From positions 320,001 to 384,000 of the forward strand of contig CBDCCK010000002.1 in assembly GCA_965214835.1 (NCBI GenBank): a DNA stretch of 64,000 nucleotides. The letters are read 5' to 3'. The notes beneath the pieces are model-generated. The model saw nothing but the letters and a program-made list of their open reading frames with translations. It was not told the origin of the DNA and ran no database searches. Numbering within the stretch: the first letter of the stretch is position 1; each line of letters begins with the position of its first letter. Positions 10,096 to 19,604 of the stretch are shown here, one piece after another. This DNA is from Nitrosopumilaceae archaeon. GTDB lineage: Archaea > Thermoproteota > Nitrososphaeria > Nitrososphaerales > Nitrosopumilaceae. The position numbers and the translations under genes are program-made.

Positions 10096-10182
10096 GCGGC
10101 GGCAGAAGAAGCAGCAACATTGGTCGCAGCAGCTGGTCTTCCCCTGCCTGGCGGCGGCGGTGGTGTGCGCGCCGGTTCGAAT

Positions 10183-10293
10183 GTAACAGCTCGGACTCTG
10201 GAAGTTCAGGTGTGAATTTTGTCGTCCCGAAAACCCTGATTGAACACATTCGTGCCTAAAATCTGGAACGACTTCCAGGATGCGAGATGTTAC
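10183..10293. mobile_element. 111-bp MITE with GTAAC...GTTAC ends (IS66-like)
   Basis: TIRs GTAACAGCTCGGACTCTGGAAG / CTTCCAGGATGCGAGATGTTAC; exact 8-bp TSD GTTCGAAT; inverted homolog of 53409-53519. Confidence 0.88.
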
Positions 10294-10387
10294 GTTCGAA
10301 TCTGGCCCGGCTGGCTTTGGGCGTGTTTTGGTTTTAGGCATGGAGCTGGTCTTGGATGTACTGCCGACGGCGACTCCCAATATGGTG

Positions 10388-10508
10388 CAGTCTTCCCAGA
10401 AGTTCCCAGAAAAACGGCTCCAAATTTGCCACAATTCAGATTATGATGCCTGCAGATCCGCATGCAGCCGTCTCCACCACCATGAGTCGTGTACATCTGG
10501 GAAGACTG
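10388..10508. mobile_element. 121-bp MITE with CAG...CTG ends (ISH3-like)
   Basis: TIRs CAGTCTTCCCAGA / TCTGGGAAGACTG; 5-bp TSD TGGTG; core GCCTGCAGATCCGCA shared with 28539, 44315 and 46314. Confidence 0.85.
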
Positions 10509-10552
10509 TGGTGGCATATAGGTATAAAAAACCCCCACTGATAGTGCCGTAA

Positions 10553-11002
10553 GTGGATAGAATAAAACGACTCTCAATGGAGGTTCTAGACAAACACAAA
10601 TCAAGATTTGGCCAAGACTTCTCCGATAACAAAAAAGCGCTAGATGAGGTCACGATTATTCGTTCTAAAGGACTCAAAAATGAGATTGCAGGTTATATTA
10701 CAAAACATATCAAGCGTGAAGTTCACGACAGCGAGCTAAAGCGTGCACAAGCTGCTAAAGAAGGACAGACCGTCGCCGAGGCAGAAAAAGTCCCAGAAGA
10801 ACCTGTCAAATCATCTGAAGGTACTACTGAATACGTGCAAGAGACAGCTCCCGAGCATTCGGAGACCCCGACTGACGCGCCCGCAGAGACAGCTCCCGAG
10901 CATTCGGAGACCCCGACTGACGCGCCCGCAGAGACAGCTCCCGAGCATTCGGAGACCCCGACTGACGCGCCCAAGTCCGAGTCAGAAGACCGCATGATTT
11001 AG
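10553..11002 (+). CDS. rps17e: 30S ribosomal protein S17e with acidic repeat tail
   Basis: DFSDNKK, SKGLKNEIAGYIT motifs. Confidence 0.9.
   Translation: MDRIKRLSMEVLDKHKSRFGQDFSDNKKALDEVTIIRSKGLKNEIAGYITKHIKREVHDSELKRAQAAKEGQTVAEAEKVPEEPVKSSEGTTEYVQETAPEHSETPTDAPAETAPEHSETPTDAPAETAPEHSETPTDAPKSESEDRMI
10841..10972 (+). repeat. 45-bp tandem repeat x3 (ETAPEHSETPTDAPA) in the S17e tail
   Basis: GAGACAGCTCCCGAGCATTCGGAGACCCCGACTGACGCGCCC(GCA) in perfect copies. Confidence 0.95.
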
Positions 11003-11033
11003 GTTTATTTTACATCCCTTCCAAAGACAATCA

Positions 11034-11801
11034 TTGATCAAAATCAAATTCCTAGGCGGCGCAAAAAAGTCGTTTTCGGCAGACTCTCTGGACTTGGATG
11101 ATGATCAGCTGGTTTTAGAGAGGCTGCTTGATATACTGCAGGCAAAAAAACCGGAGGGCACGCCCGACCTTGATGTCAGCAACATACTGGTTGCAGTAAA
11201 CGGCGTTGATTCCTCTGCAATGGATGGCAAAAAAACGGTCGTCAGCTCCGGCGACATAGTAAGCATAATCCCCGTGATTCACGGGGGCGCATCGTCCATG
11301 TTTTGCATCCAAAGAGTCAACGTGGCCGTCTTTCCCGTGCGCGGCAAAAAAACACTAGACTATGAGTTTCTAGACTCCCTGCGCGCCAAATTCCCGAAAA
11401 CGACAGTCCAGGCAGTCTCCTCAAAATTCATACTAAACATATCGCACGTCAAAAAAATCGTGGGAATCTCTCTGGAATCAAAGAGGCGCGGCATACTGCT
11501 CTCTGACAAGCTAGAAACCGATATCCTACTAAGGTTTGCATCCACCACCCAGATATCTCGGGCCATCTCCGATCTGGGCATAAAGCCAAGCAAGGACTTT
11601 GTAGTGATTGCCCTGGGAGCGAGATCCTCCCTTGAGAAGATGGAGGGGGAGCTGCGTGGCAGGGTCGAACCGGGCGTTCTGCAAAAAAACTCTGGCCACC
11701 TACGAAAGTACTTCAAGATATCAGGCAGGCAGCTGGACTCGGTCTCATCGGAGACCCCGCTGGAGGACATCCTGCAGGAAAAGGCCTCAGTCCTCTTCTG
11801 A
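11034..11801 (+). CDS. cgi121: ThiS/MoaD ubiquitin-like domain fused to KEOPS subunit Cgi121
   Basis: Beta-grasp domain ending GDIVSIIPVIHGG, then LETDILLRFASTTQISRAI..LG (Cgi121). Confidence 0.85.
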   Translation: MIKIKFLGGAKKSFSADSLDLDDDQLVLERLLDILQAKKPEGTPDLDVSNILVAVNGVDSSAMDGKKTVVSSGDIVSIIPVIHGGASSMFCIQRVNVAVFPVRGKKTLDYEFLDSLRAKFPKTTVQAVSSKFILNISHVKKIVGISLESKRRGILLSDKLETDILLRFASTTQISRAISDLGIKPSKDFVVIALGARSSLEKMEGELRGRVEPGVLQKNSGHLRKYFKISGRQLDSVSSETPLEDILQEKASVLF

Positions 11802-12314
11802 TAGGGACCGCCTCCTTTTCTCAACGCTGACTATCTCATCTGGCCTGACGACTGAGACCCCTGCCGTCGGCCCCAGAATCTCAACTAGTACCACCCAGTC
11901 GGGATCCTCCAGCGACACCTTGTTGTCAATTATGCCTGCAATCTCGGCAATCAGCTCCCTGCTTGACAGCTCCGAGTTCCTTTTCTCCACCGTAATCCTG
12001 TATGTCTGCCCCTCCCTGATTGCGGATTTTATTTTCCCAACACTGGCAACGATTTCCCCGGTTTGACTGGCGGACGTCTTGTGAATCGGAATGATCCTCT
12101 GAGAGTATCGGATGAGCCACGGCTCGTCCTCAACCATCTCTGATACCCTCCTTGCGATCTCTACGGGGTCATGGCCTGTCCTGACGGCAAGTATTCCCGG
12201 CATGTCGGTAATGGAAACCTCCGGCCTCTCAAGCCCGTTTTTTTCAAATATCGACTCGATCTCCTCTAGGGTGTCGTGCTCAAAATGCCTGGGACATGTC
12301 ACAATCAGGTTCAA
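11787..12314 (-). CDS. THUMP domain RNA-binding protein
   Basis: QRIIPI, TYRITVEKR, KVSLEDPDWVVLVEILG. Confidence 0.88.
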   Translation of the reverse strand: MNLIVTCPRHFEHDTLEEIESIFEKNGLERPEVSITDMPGILAVRTGHDPVEIARRVSEMVEDEPWLIRYSQRIIPIHKTSASQTGEIVASVGKIKSAIREGQTYRITVEKRNSELSSRELIAEIAGIIDNKVSLEDPDWVVLVEILGPTAGVSVVRPDEIVSVEKRRRSLSEED

Positions 12315-12913
12315 ATCGTACCTAAAATCTCCCTTCCTGCTATTGCCCCCTCCCTGATCACGGCCGGCTCTCCGGTAAGATCAACGACGGTCGACTCTCC
12401 CTTGCCCACAATCACTCCCCCGTCTATAAAGGCATCATAGCCCCGTATGCTTTCAATGCACTCCCTTGGATCGACAAACGATCCTGTCCCCGAGGGGTTT
12501 GCACTGGTCCCTACCAGCAGGCCGCACACTTCCAGAATCCTCCTCGTGCACTCCCCGCCTGGAACCCTGACTGCTATCTTGTCTTTCACTCCCAGCGACC
12601 TTCCCATGATGCCGTCCCTTAGGTCCAGAATCATCGTTACCCGCCCCGGCCAGAACCTTTCGGCTATTTTTCTCGCATTTGGGTTCAGCTCGACTATGTC
12701 CTCCAGCTCGTCAACGGAGGACGCAAGTACCGGCAGGGGCTTTCTTTGCGCCCTTTGCTTTATTTTGTAGATTCTCCGGACCGCCGACTCGTTGTATGGG
12801 TCGCACCCGATCCCATACACCGTGTCTGTGGGAAAGACTATGACTCCCCCCCTCCTGATCACCTCGCCGATCTCCCCGATGTCTTGGTCCGAGCACTTTA
12901 AGGTTCTTGACAC
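12311..12913 (-). CDS. sua5: L-threonylcarbamoyladenylate synthase (Sua5/TsaC)
   Basis: PTDTVYGIG, KQR...KPL, FWPG, TSANPSG, STVVD. Confidence 0.93.
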   Translation of the reverse strand: MSRTLKCSDQDIGEIGEVIRRGGVIVFPTDTVYGIGCDPYNESAVRRIYKIKQRAQRKPLPVLASSVDELEDIVELNPNARKIAERFWPGRVTMILDLRDGIMGRSLGVKDKIAVRVPGGECTRRILEVCGLLVGTSANPSGTGSFVDPRECIESIRGYDAFIDGGVIVGKGESTVVDLTGEPAVIREGAIAGREILGTI

Positions 12914-12982
12914 TGCTCTGTGGGCGAGTCCTAGTTATTTTAAGATAGATTTGTTAATATTGGATTCTGACGGGGCGGCATT

Positions 12983-13075
12983 GTGAGCCTGCCGTCTGAC
13001 TATGAGGATACGGAATTCGAGGATGACTTTGATGATGATCTGGATGACTTTGGGGACGATGGCCTAGATGGCTAG
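12983..13075 (+). CDS. Putative 30-aa highly acidic microprotein
   Basis: GTG-start ORF VSLPSDYEDTEFEDDFDDDLDDFGDDGLDG; 15 acidic and no basic residues. Confidence 0.4.
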   Translation: MSLPSDYEDTEFEDDFDDDLDDFGDDGLDG

Positions 13076-13351
13076 CCCAAAGTTGTCTGCAAACTTGCTA
13101 AACGACTGATACGCCTGCAAAAACTCCCTTCCTGACTGGCTGATTCTGTACTTGGAGGCCCCCGAACCGTTTACTTGCTCTAGCAGACCCTGGGAGACCA
13201 ACGTGGTCAGAATTCTTGAGATTCTAGCATGGGAGATGTTTGCCTTTCTGATGAGATAGGTCACGCTTGCCCCGTCGTCGTCTTTCAGCTCGTCCCTCGT
13301 CGTGCATAGTATGTCCCCGATTATCCTCATATGCGTCCTGTATTCTGCCAT
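13064..13351 (-). CDS. Winged-helix transcriptional regulator
   Basis: YRTHMRIIGDIL...LIRKANIS...GLL...YRISQSGREFL. Confidence 0.85.
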   Translation of the reverse strand: MAEYRTHMRIIGDILCTTRDELKDDDGASVTYLIRKANISHARISRILTTLVSQGLLEQVNGSGASKYRISQSGREFLQAYQSFSKFADNFGLAI

Positions 13352-13428
13352 GCTGCTTCCCTACACTGTACTGACTAGACATCCTCCAATATATTGGTAA
13401 GATAAAAGAAATTGACAATGTAATTTGA

Positions 13429-14106
13429 TTATTTATCCAGCTCCGACGGCTCTTCCCCGTCAAAGTCCGGAAACTCGTCCTCGATTTTGATCCTAGTCAG
13501 GGGAATCCTGCTTACCGGCACAAACAGCGCAATCAGGCCCCCGATCTTGATTATGTTTGATGCAAAGTACAGGACCGATTCGGGAAAGACAAACGAGTAC
13601 CATGACAGAAACTCCCCTAGGGCCAGCATTGCCAGCCCCGTGGCAACCATTATGGTCCCCCTCCTCCTGTTTTCAAAGTATGACATCATCGTCTCTATGG
13701 CACCATATGCGAGCAGGATAAATGACACGGATCTGAATATGTGCTCTATGTGAATCGACGATACCAGGAAGAGCGGAAATGCCGCGACTGATCTAAAGTA
13801 CCTACCCTTTGGCAGGAACGCCTTGATGCTGTGTGAGAATGCGATGAAAAAGTATCCCACCGTCTGAATTCCTATCCCCACCGTCTGAACCCACATCTTA
13901 ACCTGTCCTGACTTTACAACCAGGTCGTCTACCACAAATCCGACCCAGATGACGCAAAAGCCTGCACTTATTGCAAAAAACGCAATTGACAGCCTGAACA
14001 GCGTGGGACTACCCGTGTTTCTAAATCCGATTGCCGACATGGCACCTATGGCAAATCCTACCAAAAATCCGACAAAATTAAGAATGCTCTCTATGGGTAT
14101 CTCCAA
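13429..14106 (-). CDS. Multi-pass membrane protein
   Basis: About 7 hydrophobic segments. Confidence 0.75.
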   Translation of the reverse strand: MEIPIESILNFVGFLVGFAIGAMSAIGFRNTGSPTLFRLSIAFFAISAGFCVIWVGFVVDDLVVKSGQVKMWVQTVGIGIQTVGYFFIAFSHSIKAFLPKGRYFRSVAAFPLFLVSSIHIEHIFRSVSFILLAYGAIETMMSYFENRRRGTIMVATGLAMLALGEFLSWYSFVFPESVLYFASNIIKIGGLIALFVPVSRIPLTRIKIEDEFPDFDGEEPSELDK

Positions 14107-14167
14107 CGCCTATGAACAGGTTTTTCCTGCTAATTATTTTAACATGATGGATGGCTTTGCAGGGCGG

Positions 14168-14392
14168 CTAGTCCCAGTCATCTAGCGTCCCTGCAGACTC
14201 GCCTTCGGTACTGCCGGTATAGTCCCCTAGTATGTCCGAGTACCTCGCGTCGTTGTGCGCCACGTATTTTACATACTCGCCGTAGCTCATATCGAGGTCG
14301 CAGCTGGTGCACTTTACAAACGAAAAGTCCGGCGGCAGCTCAGCGTCTTCTTTGCACTTTGGGCACTTGATCTTCATGATTTCTGATCCCAC
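14168..14392 (-). CDS. Small Zn-ribbon protein
   Basis: CPKC...CTSC with acidic C-terminus. Confidence 0.7.
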   Translation of the reverse strand: MGSEIMKIKCPKCKEDAELPPDFSFVKCTSCDLDMSYGEYVKYVAHNDARYSDILGDYTGSTEGESAGTLDDWD

Positions 14393-14409
14393 TTGGTGTC
14401 TATTAGATT

Positions 14410-14479
14410 GTAAGGTCGCCTCCCTCGCAGGCCAGGCATGAAAATCACAAGCTCCCTAGCTGGCCGAAGGGCGACCACA
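14410..14479. mobile_element. Short GTA-type MITE derivative
   Basis: Ends GTAAGGTCGCC / GGCGACCACAC; internal CAGGCATGAAAATCACAA shared with the element at 49725. Confidence 0.5.
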
Positions 14480-14768
14480 CAAAGCCAGAGTTCCCGACAT
14501 CGAATTGAAAAATCATGGTTGATTTTCCAGATATCCTCCTGGATCTTGCCGCGTACTAGACTGGATCCCGGGCCTAGTTTGTCAAGCACGGGAGGGATTT
14601 TGGCGGCTTTGCCTTTGATGCCTAAAGGCCTGACTGGATCGAAAAGGGCGCCGGATTCCGTGCATGCAAAGCCATGAGTGGGCGCAAGACCCGGGATGGG
14701 CTTGAGTGCACATCTCCAGCTATCGCTACTGACAAAACAATAAAAGTGGCCACAAAGTCCGATATTCT

Positions 14769-15053
14769 GTGGCTAGAACGTGCACCAAATGCAAGAGCCC
14801 CATTGCCGAGGGCGAGCAGCTGGATATCGTGGCAGAAAAGTATCCCTGCTGCAACAAGTGCTGGGCAGAATGGAAGGAGTATCAAATCATGGTCATGAAC
14901 GAGATGAGACTGGACATGTCAATGCCTGATCACCGCAAGGTGCTCAAAAAGCACGAAAAGGTCTTCGTCGGGGTACTGACTCCAGAGGGAGACGTTGTTG
15001 ACTACTCAAACGAGGACAACAGGAGTCCCGAGGAGCAGCCTACATCCCAATAG
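14769..15053 (+). CDS. YggX-like Fe(II)-trafficking / oxidative-damage protection protein
   Basis: CWAEWKEYQIMVMNEMRLDM...HRKVL resembles the YggX core. Confidence 0.7.
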   Translation: MARTCTKCKSPIAEGEQLDIVAEKYPCCNKCWAEWKEYQIMVMNEMRLDMSMPDHRKVLKKHEKVFVGVLTPEGDVVDYSNEDNRSPEEQPTSQ

Positions 15054-15501
15054 TCTTTTTTGCGTTATCTGGAATCAGCTTCCGCATCAGGCTCCCTTTT
15101 GCGTCATCAAGGCTGTCTACTGCCCGGATGATCGTCGAGCCGATGACCCTTTGCTGCTCTGGAGTCAGGGACATGAAGATTTCCAAAATGCCGTCTAGGT
15201 TAAACCGGATAATCTTCTCTGGACGGTTTGAAATCTCCCGGACATATGCGCCAAAAAGCAGGGCTCTTTGCCCCTCCTCAAATGTGGCGAGCACCTCCAG
15301 CCACGTCTTGCACAACCTTGCAAAGTTTGGAAACGGAATGTCGGGTCCTGCGGACAGGGCATTGTCGATGATCTCCTGCCTCTCTTGATCATCCATTGTG
15401 AAAAACTCCCTGAGTCTTTTTGTCAGGATGGGCCTTCTTAAGAAATCAGGCAGGCTGGCAAGGTTCACGATGATGTTTCCCGCATAGTTTGGCTCTGACA
15501 T
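15040..15501 (-). CDS. Hypothetical protein
   Basis: Clean ORF starting MSEPNYAGNII with host-like codon usage. Confidence 0.75.
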   Translation of the reverse strand: MSEPNYAGNIIVNLASLPDFLRRPILTKRLREFFTMDDQERQEIIDNALSAGPDIPFPNFARLCKTWLEVLATFEEGQRALLFGAYVREISNRPEKIIRFNLDGILEIFMSLTPEQQRVIGSTIIRAVDSLDDAKGSLMRKLIPDNAKKTIGM

Positions 15502-15639
15502 GGTTTCCTGATCTGCGCATTTGGTATTAAATGATTCAAAAACAGGAATCCCTGTAAATCTCAAAGCTTGGATTCGCATTTTTCCGAGTGCGCGGATCTA
15601 GAAAAGAGAGGATATTTGTTGTTTTCTAGGCGCCGTCTA

Positions 15640-16733
15640 TACTGATGGTCATTGAAAATTTCGCCTGATCACACATCTTGTAAAGGTTTATAGCTCCCCA
15701 CCATGTCACTCCCGGCATGAACAAGACGAAAATCCTCACGGATGCCATGCATGTCGAAAAGGATCTCAAGACTCACACCAGAATCATGGCGGTGCGCTCC
15801 GTACTGCTTGGCAACACCACCGCACATACTGCGGAGATTGCCGACGTGACACAGCGCACCGTACAGATGTGGGTTGAAAGGTTCGAGCTTGACGGCATCG
15901 AGGGCCTCCGTGACTCCCCCAACAGGGGCAAAAAACCAAAGGTTCCGGTCGGCAGGATAAAAAAGATCGCCACGAGGCTGCGCAGGATGGAAAAGCTCAC
16001 CCCGAAGAAGCTGTGCAACTGGGTACGCCACAGGCTGCATGTCACATACAGCGTGGGAAGCATCAGGAGGATCCTGCGCGCGATGGGGTTTTCGCTAAAG
16101 ACATCAACTACCAAGCTGGCAGATGCTGCCGACGCAAAAGCTGTAAGACGGTGGCAAAGAGAGGCAAAAACTGCGATAAAGCTTGCAAAAAGGCGCGGAT
16201 TTAGGATAACCGTACAGGACGAATCGATATTCGTCAGTACGGGAAGGGACGGCAAAAAGTTCTGGTCGCCCGTGGGGGACAGGATCGAGGTGGAACGATC
16301 CGGCAGAAGGGAGCGCGTCGTGGTATACGGGACGATTGCAGACGACGGAACCAGGCTGATGCGCACGTACGACAGGTTCAACAGCGCAAACTTTGTGCAT
16401 TATCTTAAACAGGCGCACAAAAAGTGGGGAAAGGTCCTGATGGTGATGGACAACGCAGCACAGCACAAGACCAAAAAGGTCCGCAGATACCTAAAGAAAA
16501 ATCCCGACGTTGTCTTGCTGTACCTGCCGGTAGCTAGGCCGGAGCTGAGCGCCATAGAGGCAGTCTGGAAGGATGCCAAGTACAGGCTGGTCACGTCTGC
16601 CTTTTACGACACGGTGGATCACCTCAAAAAGGCCGTCTCGGAATACTTTAGGACGTGTTCCATCAGGGTTGACATCTACAAGTATCTTGAGCGCAGCTTG
16701 TAAGGGAGGCGAAATTTTCAATGGTCATCAGTA
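15640..16733 (+). mobile_element. IS630-family insertion sequence, intact
   Basis: 27-bp TIRs TACTGATGG/ACCATTGAAAATTTCGCCT (2 mismatches); TA duplication in a CTAG target. Confidence 0.95.
15717..16703 (+). CDS. IS630 transposase
   Basis: HTH, QDES, MDNAAQH, LP..RPELSAIEAVW (DDE_3). Confidence 0.95.
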   Translation: MNKTKILTDAMHVEKDLKTHTRIMAVRSVLLGNTTAHTAEIADVTQRTVQMWVERFELDGIEGLRDSPNRGKKPKVPVGRIKKIATRLRRMEKLTPKKLCNWVRHRLHVTYSVGSIRRILRAMGFSLKTSTTKLADAADAKAVRRWQREAKTAIKLAKRRGFRITVQDESIFVSTGRDGKKFWSPVGDRIEVERSGRRERVVVYGTIADDGTRLMRTYDRFNSANFVHYLKQAHKKWGKVLMVMDNAAQHKTKKVRRYLKKNPDVVLLYLPVARPELSAIEAVWKDAKYRLVTSAFYDTVDHLKKAVSEYFRTCSIRVDIYKYLERSL

Positions 16734-16808
16734 TAGTCCGTCTCCTGACATGACTAGGAAATGATCACCTGACTGAACCAGGAGTAATTCTCCACAGCAT
16801 TTTTGGCA

Positions 16809-16990
16809 TGTTTCATATGGAAATTCGTTCCGCTACTCATCAGTATATTCTTCATCCATTTTGGGCCGCTTTTCCTGATCGCTTCTGAGGCCTCCCGGCT
16901 CTGGAACACCATCCTCTGCGCCTCGGCGCGCCCCATATCAGGCGACCAGTACGCCTTGCACTTGTAGATCTCGATGAGCTCGTCTGCCTC
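16809..16990 (-). mobile_element. 3' remnant of an IS481-family element
   Basis: DELIEIY...FQSREASEAIRKSGPKWM matches the 7070-7273 peptide; TGT-starting TIR at 16809. Confidence 0.75.
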
Positions 16991-17079
16991 ACCGGCACGG
17001 TTTCTGAGCAGCTTGGGCCGTGGCCTCACACCCTGCAAAAACAATTCAGCTTAAATACACTAACCATGCCCCTTGCATT

Positions 17080-18081
17080 ATGCCATGTACCCTGGTAGTC
17101 GGCGGATTCTTCGGCGATGAGGGAAAAGGAAAGATCATCTCATATCTTGCCTTGCACGACAACCCCTCCGTTGTGGTTCGGGGCGGGGCCGGCCCCAATG
17201 CAGGCCATACGATCAAGGACGGGGACAGGGTCTTCAAGGTCAGGATGCTGCCAAGCGGATTCTTGAACAAAAGCGCCAAGGTCATGATCGGCCCCGGCGT
17301 CGTGATAGATCCGGGGGTCCTGCAGGGTGAGATAGACGGCTTTGGCGCCGGGGGACGTGCATTTATCGACAGGAACTGTGGGATTATCGAGGAATCCCAC
17401 ACCCGTCGCGACTCCGGGGGCCAGCTAAAGGAGAGGATCGGAAGCACCGGCTCGGGTACGGGACCTGCAAATGCCGACCGTGCCATGCGTACCCTGCGCC
17501 TGGCAGGGGATTTTGATTCACTTTCAGAGTATGTCACCGACGTTCCCCTGGAGGTCAACCGCGCACTGGACGACGGCAGGGGCGTGCTGGTGGAGGGAAC
17601 GCAGGGAACGTTCCTGTCCCTGTGGCACGGAACCTATCCCTTTGTGACCTCAAAGGACGTTACCGCCTCCGGAATATGCGCAGACGTGGGCCTGGGCCCG
17701 ACACGCGTAGACGAGGTAATCATAGTCTTCAAGGCATACGTTACCCGGGTGGGCACAGGCCCGCTTGCCGGAGAGCTCTCCCCAGAGGACGCCGATTCCA
17801 GGGGATGGTCGGAGTTTGGAACCGTTACGGGCAGGCAGAGGCGTGCCGCCGAATTTGACCTTGATCTGGCCAGGCGCGCAGTCATGCTCAACGGCGCCAC
17901 GCAGATCTCCATTACAAAGCTTGACGTCCTGTACCCTGACTGTGCAGGCAAGACCTCCTATGACGAGCTGGGCGAGGAGGCACGCGCATTCATACGGGAC
18001 ATCGAGGGCAGGCTTGGCGTGCCTGTAACAATCATCGGAACCGGTCCTGCAGTTGCCGACGTAATAGACAGACGCGCCTAG
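17080..18081 (+). CDS. purA: Adenylosuccinate synthetase
   Basis: GDEGKGK, GPNAGHT, EGTQG, YPFVTS, GTVTGRQRR, TKLDV. Confidence 0.97.
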   Translation: MPCTLVVGGFFGDEGKGKIISYLALHDNPSVVVRGGAGPNAGHTIKDGDRVFKVRMLPSGFLNKSAKVMIGPGVVIDPGVLQGEIDGFGAGGRAFIDRNCGIIEESHTRRDSGGQLKERIGSTGSGTGPANADRAMRTLRLAGDFDSLSEYVTDVPLEVNRALDDGRGVLVEGTQGTFLSLWHGTYPFVTSKDVTASGICADVGLGPTRVDEVIIVFKAYVTRVGTGPLAGELSPEDADSRGWSEFGTVTGRQRRAAEFDLDLARRAVMLNGATQISITKLDVLYPDCAGKTSYDELGEEARAFIRDIEGRLGVPVTIIGTGPAVADVIDRRA

Positions 18082-18087
18082 AAGTTT

Positions 18088-18175
18088 GTAAGAGTTTACC
18101 TCTCCCACGAGATACGGCGAGGCAGGCGTGATCATGACGGCCTCGGCCAGCAGTGTCGCCTAGGGGGTAAACTCC
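18088..18175. mobile_element. ~90-bp MITE, GTAAGAGTTTACC family (IS66-like)
   Basis: TIRs GTAAGAGTTTACC / GGTAAACTCC; TSD AGAAGTTT/AGAAGCTT; inverted homolog of 58226-58318. Confidence 0.85.
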
Positions 18176-18223
18176 AGAAGCTTTTCTGCAAAGTTTAAGT
18201 TACCATTTACTATGACATAGGGC

Positions 18224-18886
18224 ATGGACAGGCTTCCGCGCTACATCCAGGTCGCATCCACCCTCGAGTTCTCACGCCTTGTCTGCGCCTTGGAGCGCGC
18301 CCCCAGGGTCTCGTTTCTGCACGAGCACGAGGGCCAGAAGGTGCTCTCGGTGCAGATGGACATCCTAAAGGAAAAGCCCATAATCTACTATACCCCGCTT
18401 CATAGCGCCGGACACTATCTCTGCTACGGCTTCAAGTCCGGCCAGGAAGAGTCCGACATAGTGGATTCGACGACCGATACCAGCAGGCTGTACTCGCCGA
18501 TTGTCAAAATAAGATCCCTTCCCAAAACACTAAGGCCGGGAAACGGAACCGATGACAAGTACCATCCCCTGGTCTTGGAGGATCTGTCCAGCCTGGCAAA
18601 GCTAAGCTACGGATTTGAGGAGGTGCCGATCCCACTGTTCTCGTTCCCCCACGGGGACAAGTGGCTCCTAGGCGTATTCATGACCTTCAACGAGGAGGGA
18701 TCATCTTACTTTTGCCACGTGATACTGGATGAGGAGCCAGAAAAGCCGTTTTTGAAGTTTACCACCTCCAACGGAGCCGCCCCCTCGTTCGTAGACGGCC
18801 CCAACGAGCACGGCTATTCCTACATAAAGCTGGTAAAGCTCAGCAACGCCCATCCGCTTGTGGACTATGACCAGCTTCAAAACTAG
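18224..18886 (+). CDS. Hypothetical protein
   Basis: Long ORF with host-like codon usage and upstream TATA (TTTAAGT). Confidence 0.8.
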   Translation: MDRLPRYIQVASTLEFSRLVCALERAPRVSFLHEHEGQKVLSVQMDILKEKPIIYYTPLHSAGHYLCYGFKSGQEESDIVDSTTDTSRLYSPIVKIRSLPKTLRPGNGTDDKYHPLVLEDLSSLAKLSYGFEEVPIPLFSFPHGDKWLLGVFMTFNEEGSSYFCHVILDEEPEKPFLKFTTSNGAAPSFVDGPNEHGYSYIKLVKLSNAHPLVDYDQLQN

Positions 18887-19604
18887 GATCAGGCAGGCCT
18901 CAAAGGCCAACGGCCCGATCATCCTGGCCAACGACTATCCGCCATCGGCTAAAAACCTGGAAAAAAGGACGATTGACAACATCAAAAGGCTCCGCAGGCA
19001 TCTTTGCGGCATAAAGCTCAACTTTCACCTCCTCCTGCCGCTGGGCAGGGGGGAGATCAAAAAAATTACAGGGGCTGCCAGCGACTGCGGCCTTCTCACC
19101 ATAGCAGACGTAAAGCTAAACGACATTGGGAACACCAACAAGGTGGCGGCCGAGAACCTGTGGAGTCTCGGCTTTGATGCGGTCATCGCCAACCCGATAA
19201 TGGGCCCTGACAGCCTTCATGCCCTCATAACGCATGCCCACAGGCGCCAAAAGGGCGTCATAACGCTCTGCCACATGAGCGCGCCTGAGGCCAGACTGGC
19301 ATACGACCTGGAGCTCAGGTCTGCACCCTCACGGCTGTACCGGCTGTTTCTCAGGTGGGCCATCCGGGAAGGGGCAGACGGGGTAATCGCCGGTGCGACG
19401 TTTCCCGACATTATCCGATACTGCAGCAGGATGTCAGGGGGCAGGCTTGACATATACTCGCCCGGCGTGGGCGCCCAGGGCGGGGATCCGCAGGCGACTG
19501 CCGCGGCCGGAGGCGACTATCTTATTGTAGGCAGGGCCATAATCGGCGCAAAGGATCCAGTCTCCGAGGCAAGGAGGATTCAGGGGCTAGTCTTTAGCAG
19601 GTGA
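18867..19604 (+). CDS. pyrF: Orotidine-5'-phosphate decarboxylase
   Basis: DVKLNDIGNT, SPGVGAQGG, IVGRAI. Confidence 0.93.
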   Translation: MTSFKTRIRQASKANGPIILANDYPPSAKNLEKRTIDNIKRLRRHLCGIKLNFHLLLPLGRGEIKKITGAASDCGLLTIADVKLNDIGNTNKVAAENLWSLGFDAVIANPIMGPDSLHALITHAHRRQKGVITLCHMSAPEARLAYDLELRSAPSRLYRLFLRWAIREGADGVIAGATFPDIIRYCSRMSGGRLDIYSPGVGAQGGDPQATAAAGGDYLIVGRAIIGAKDPVSEARRIQGLVFSR

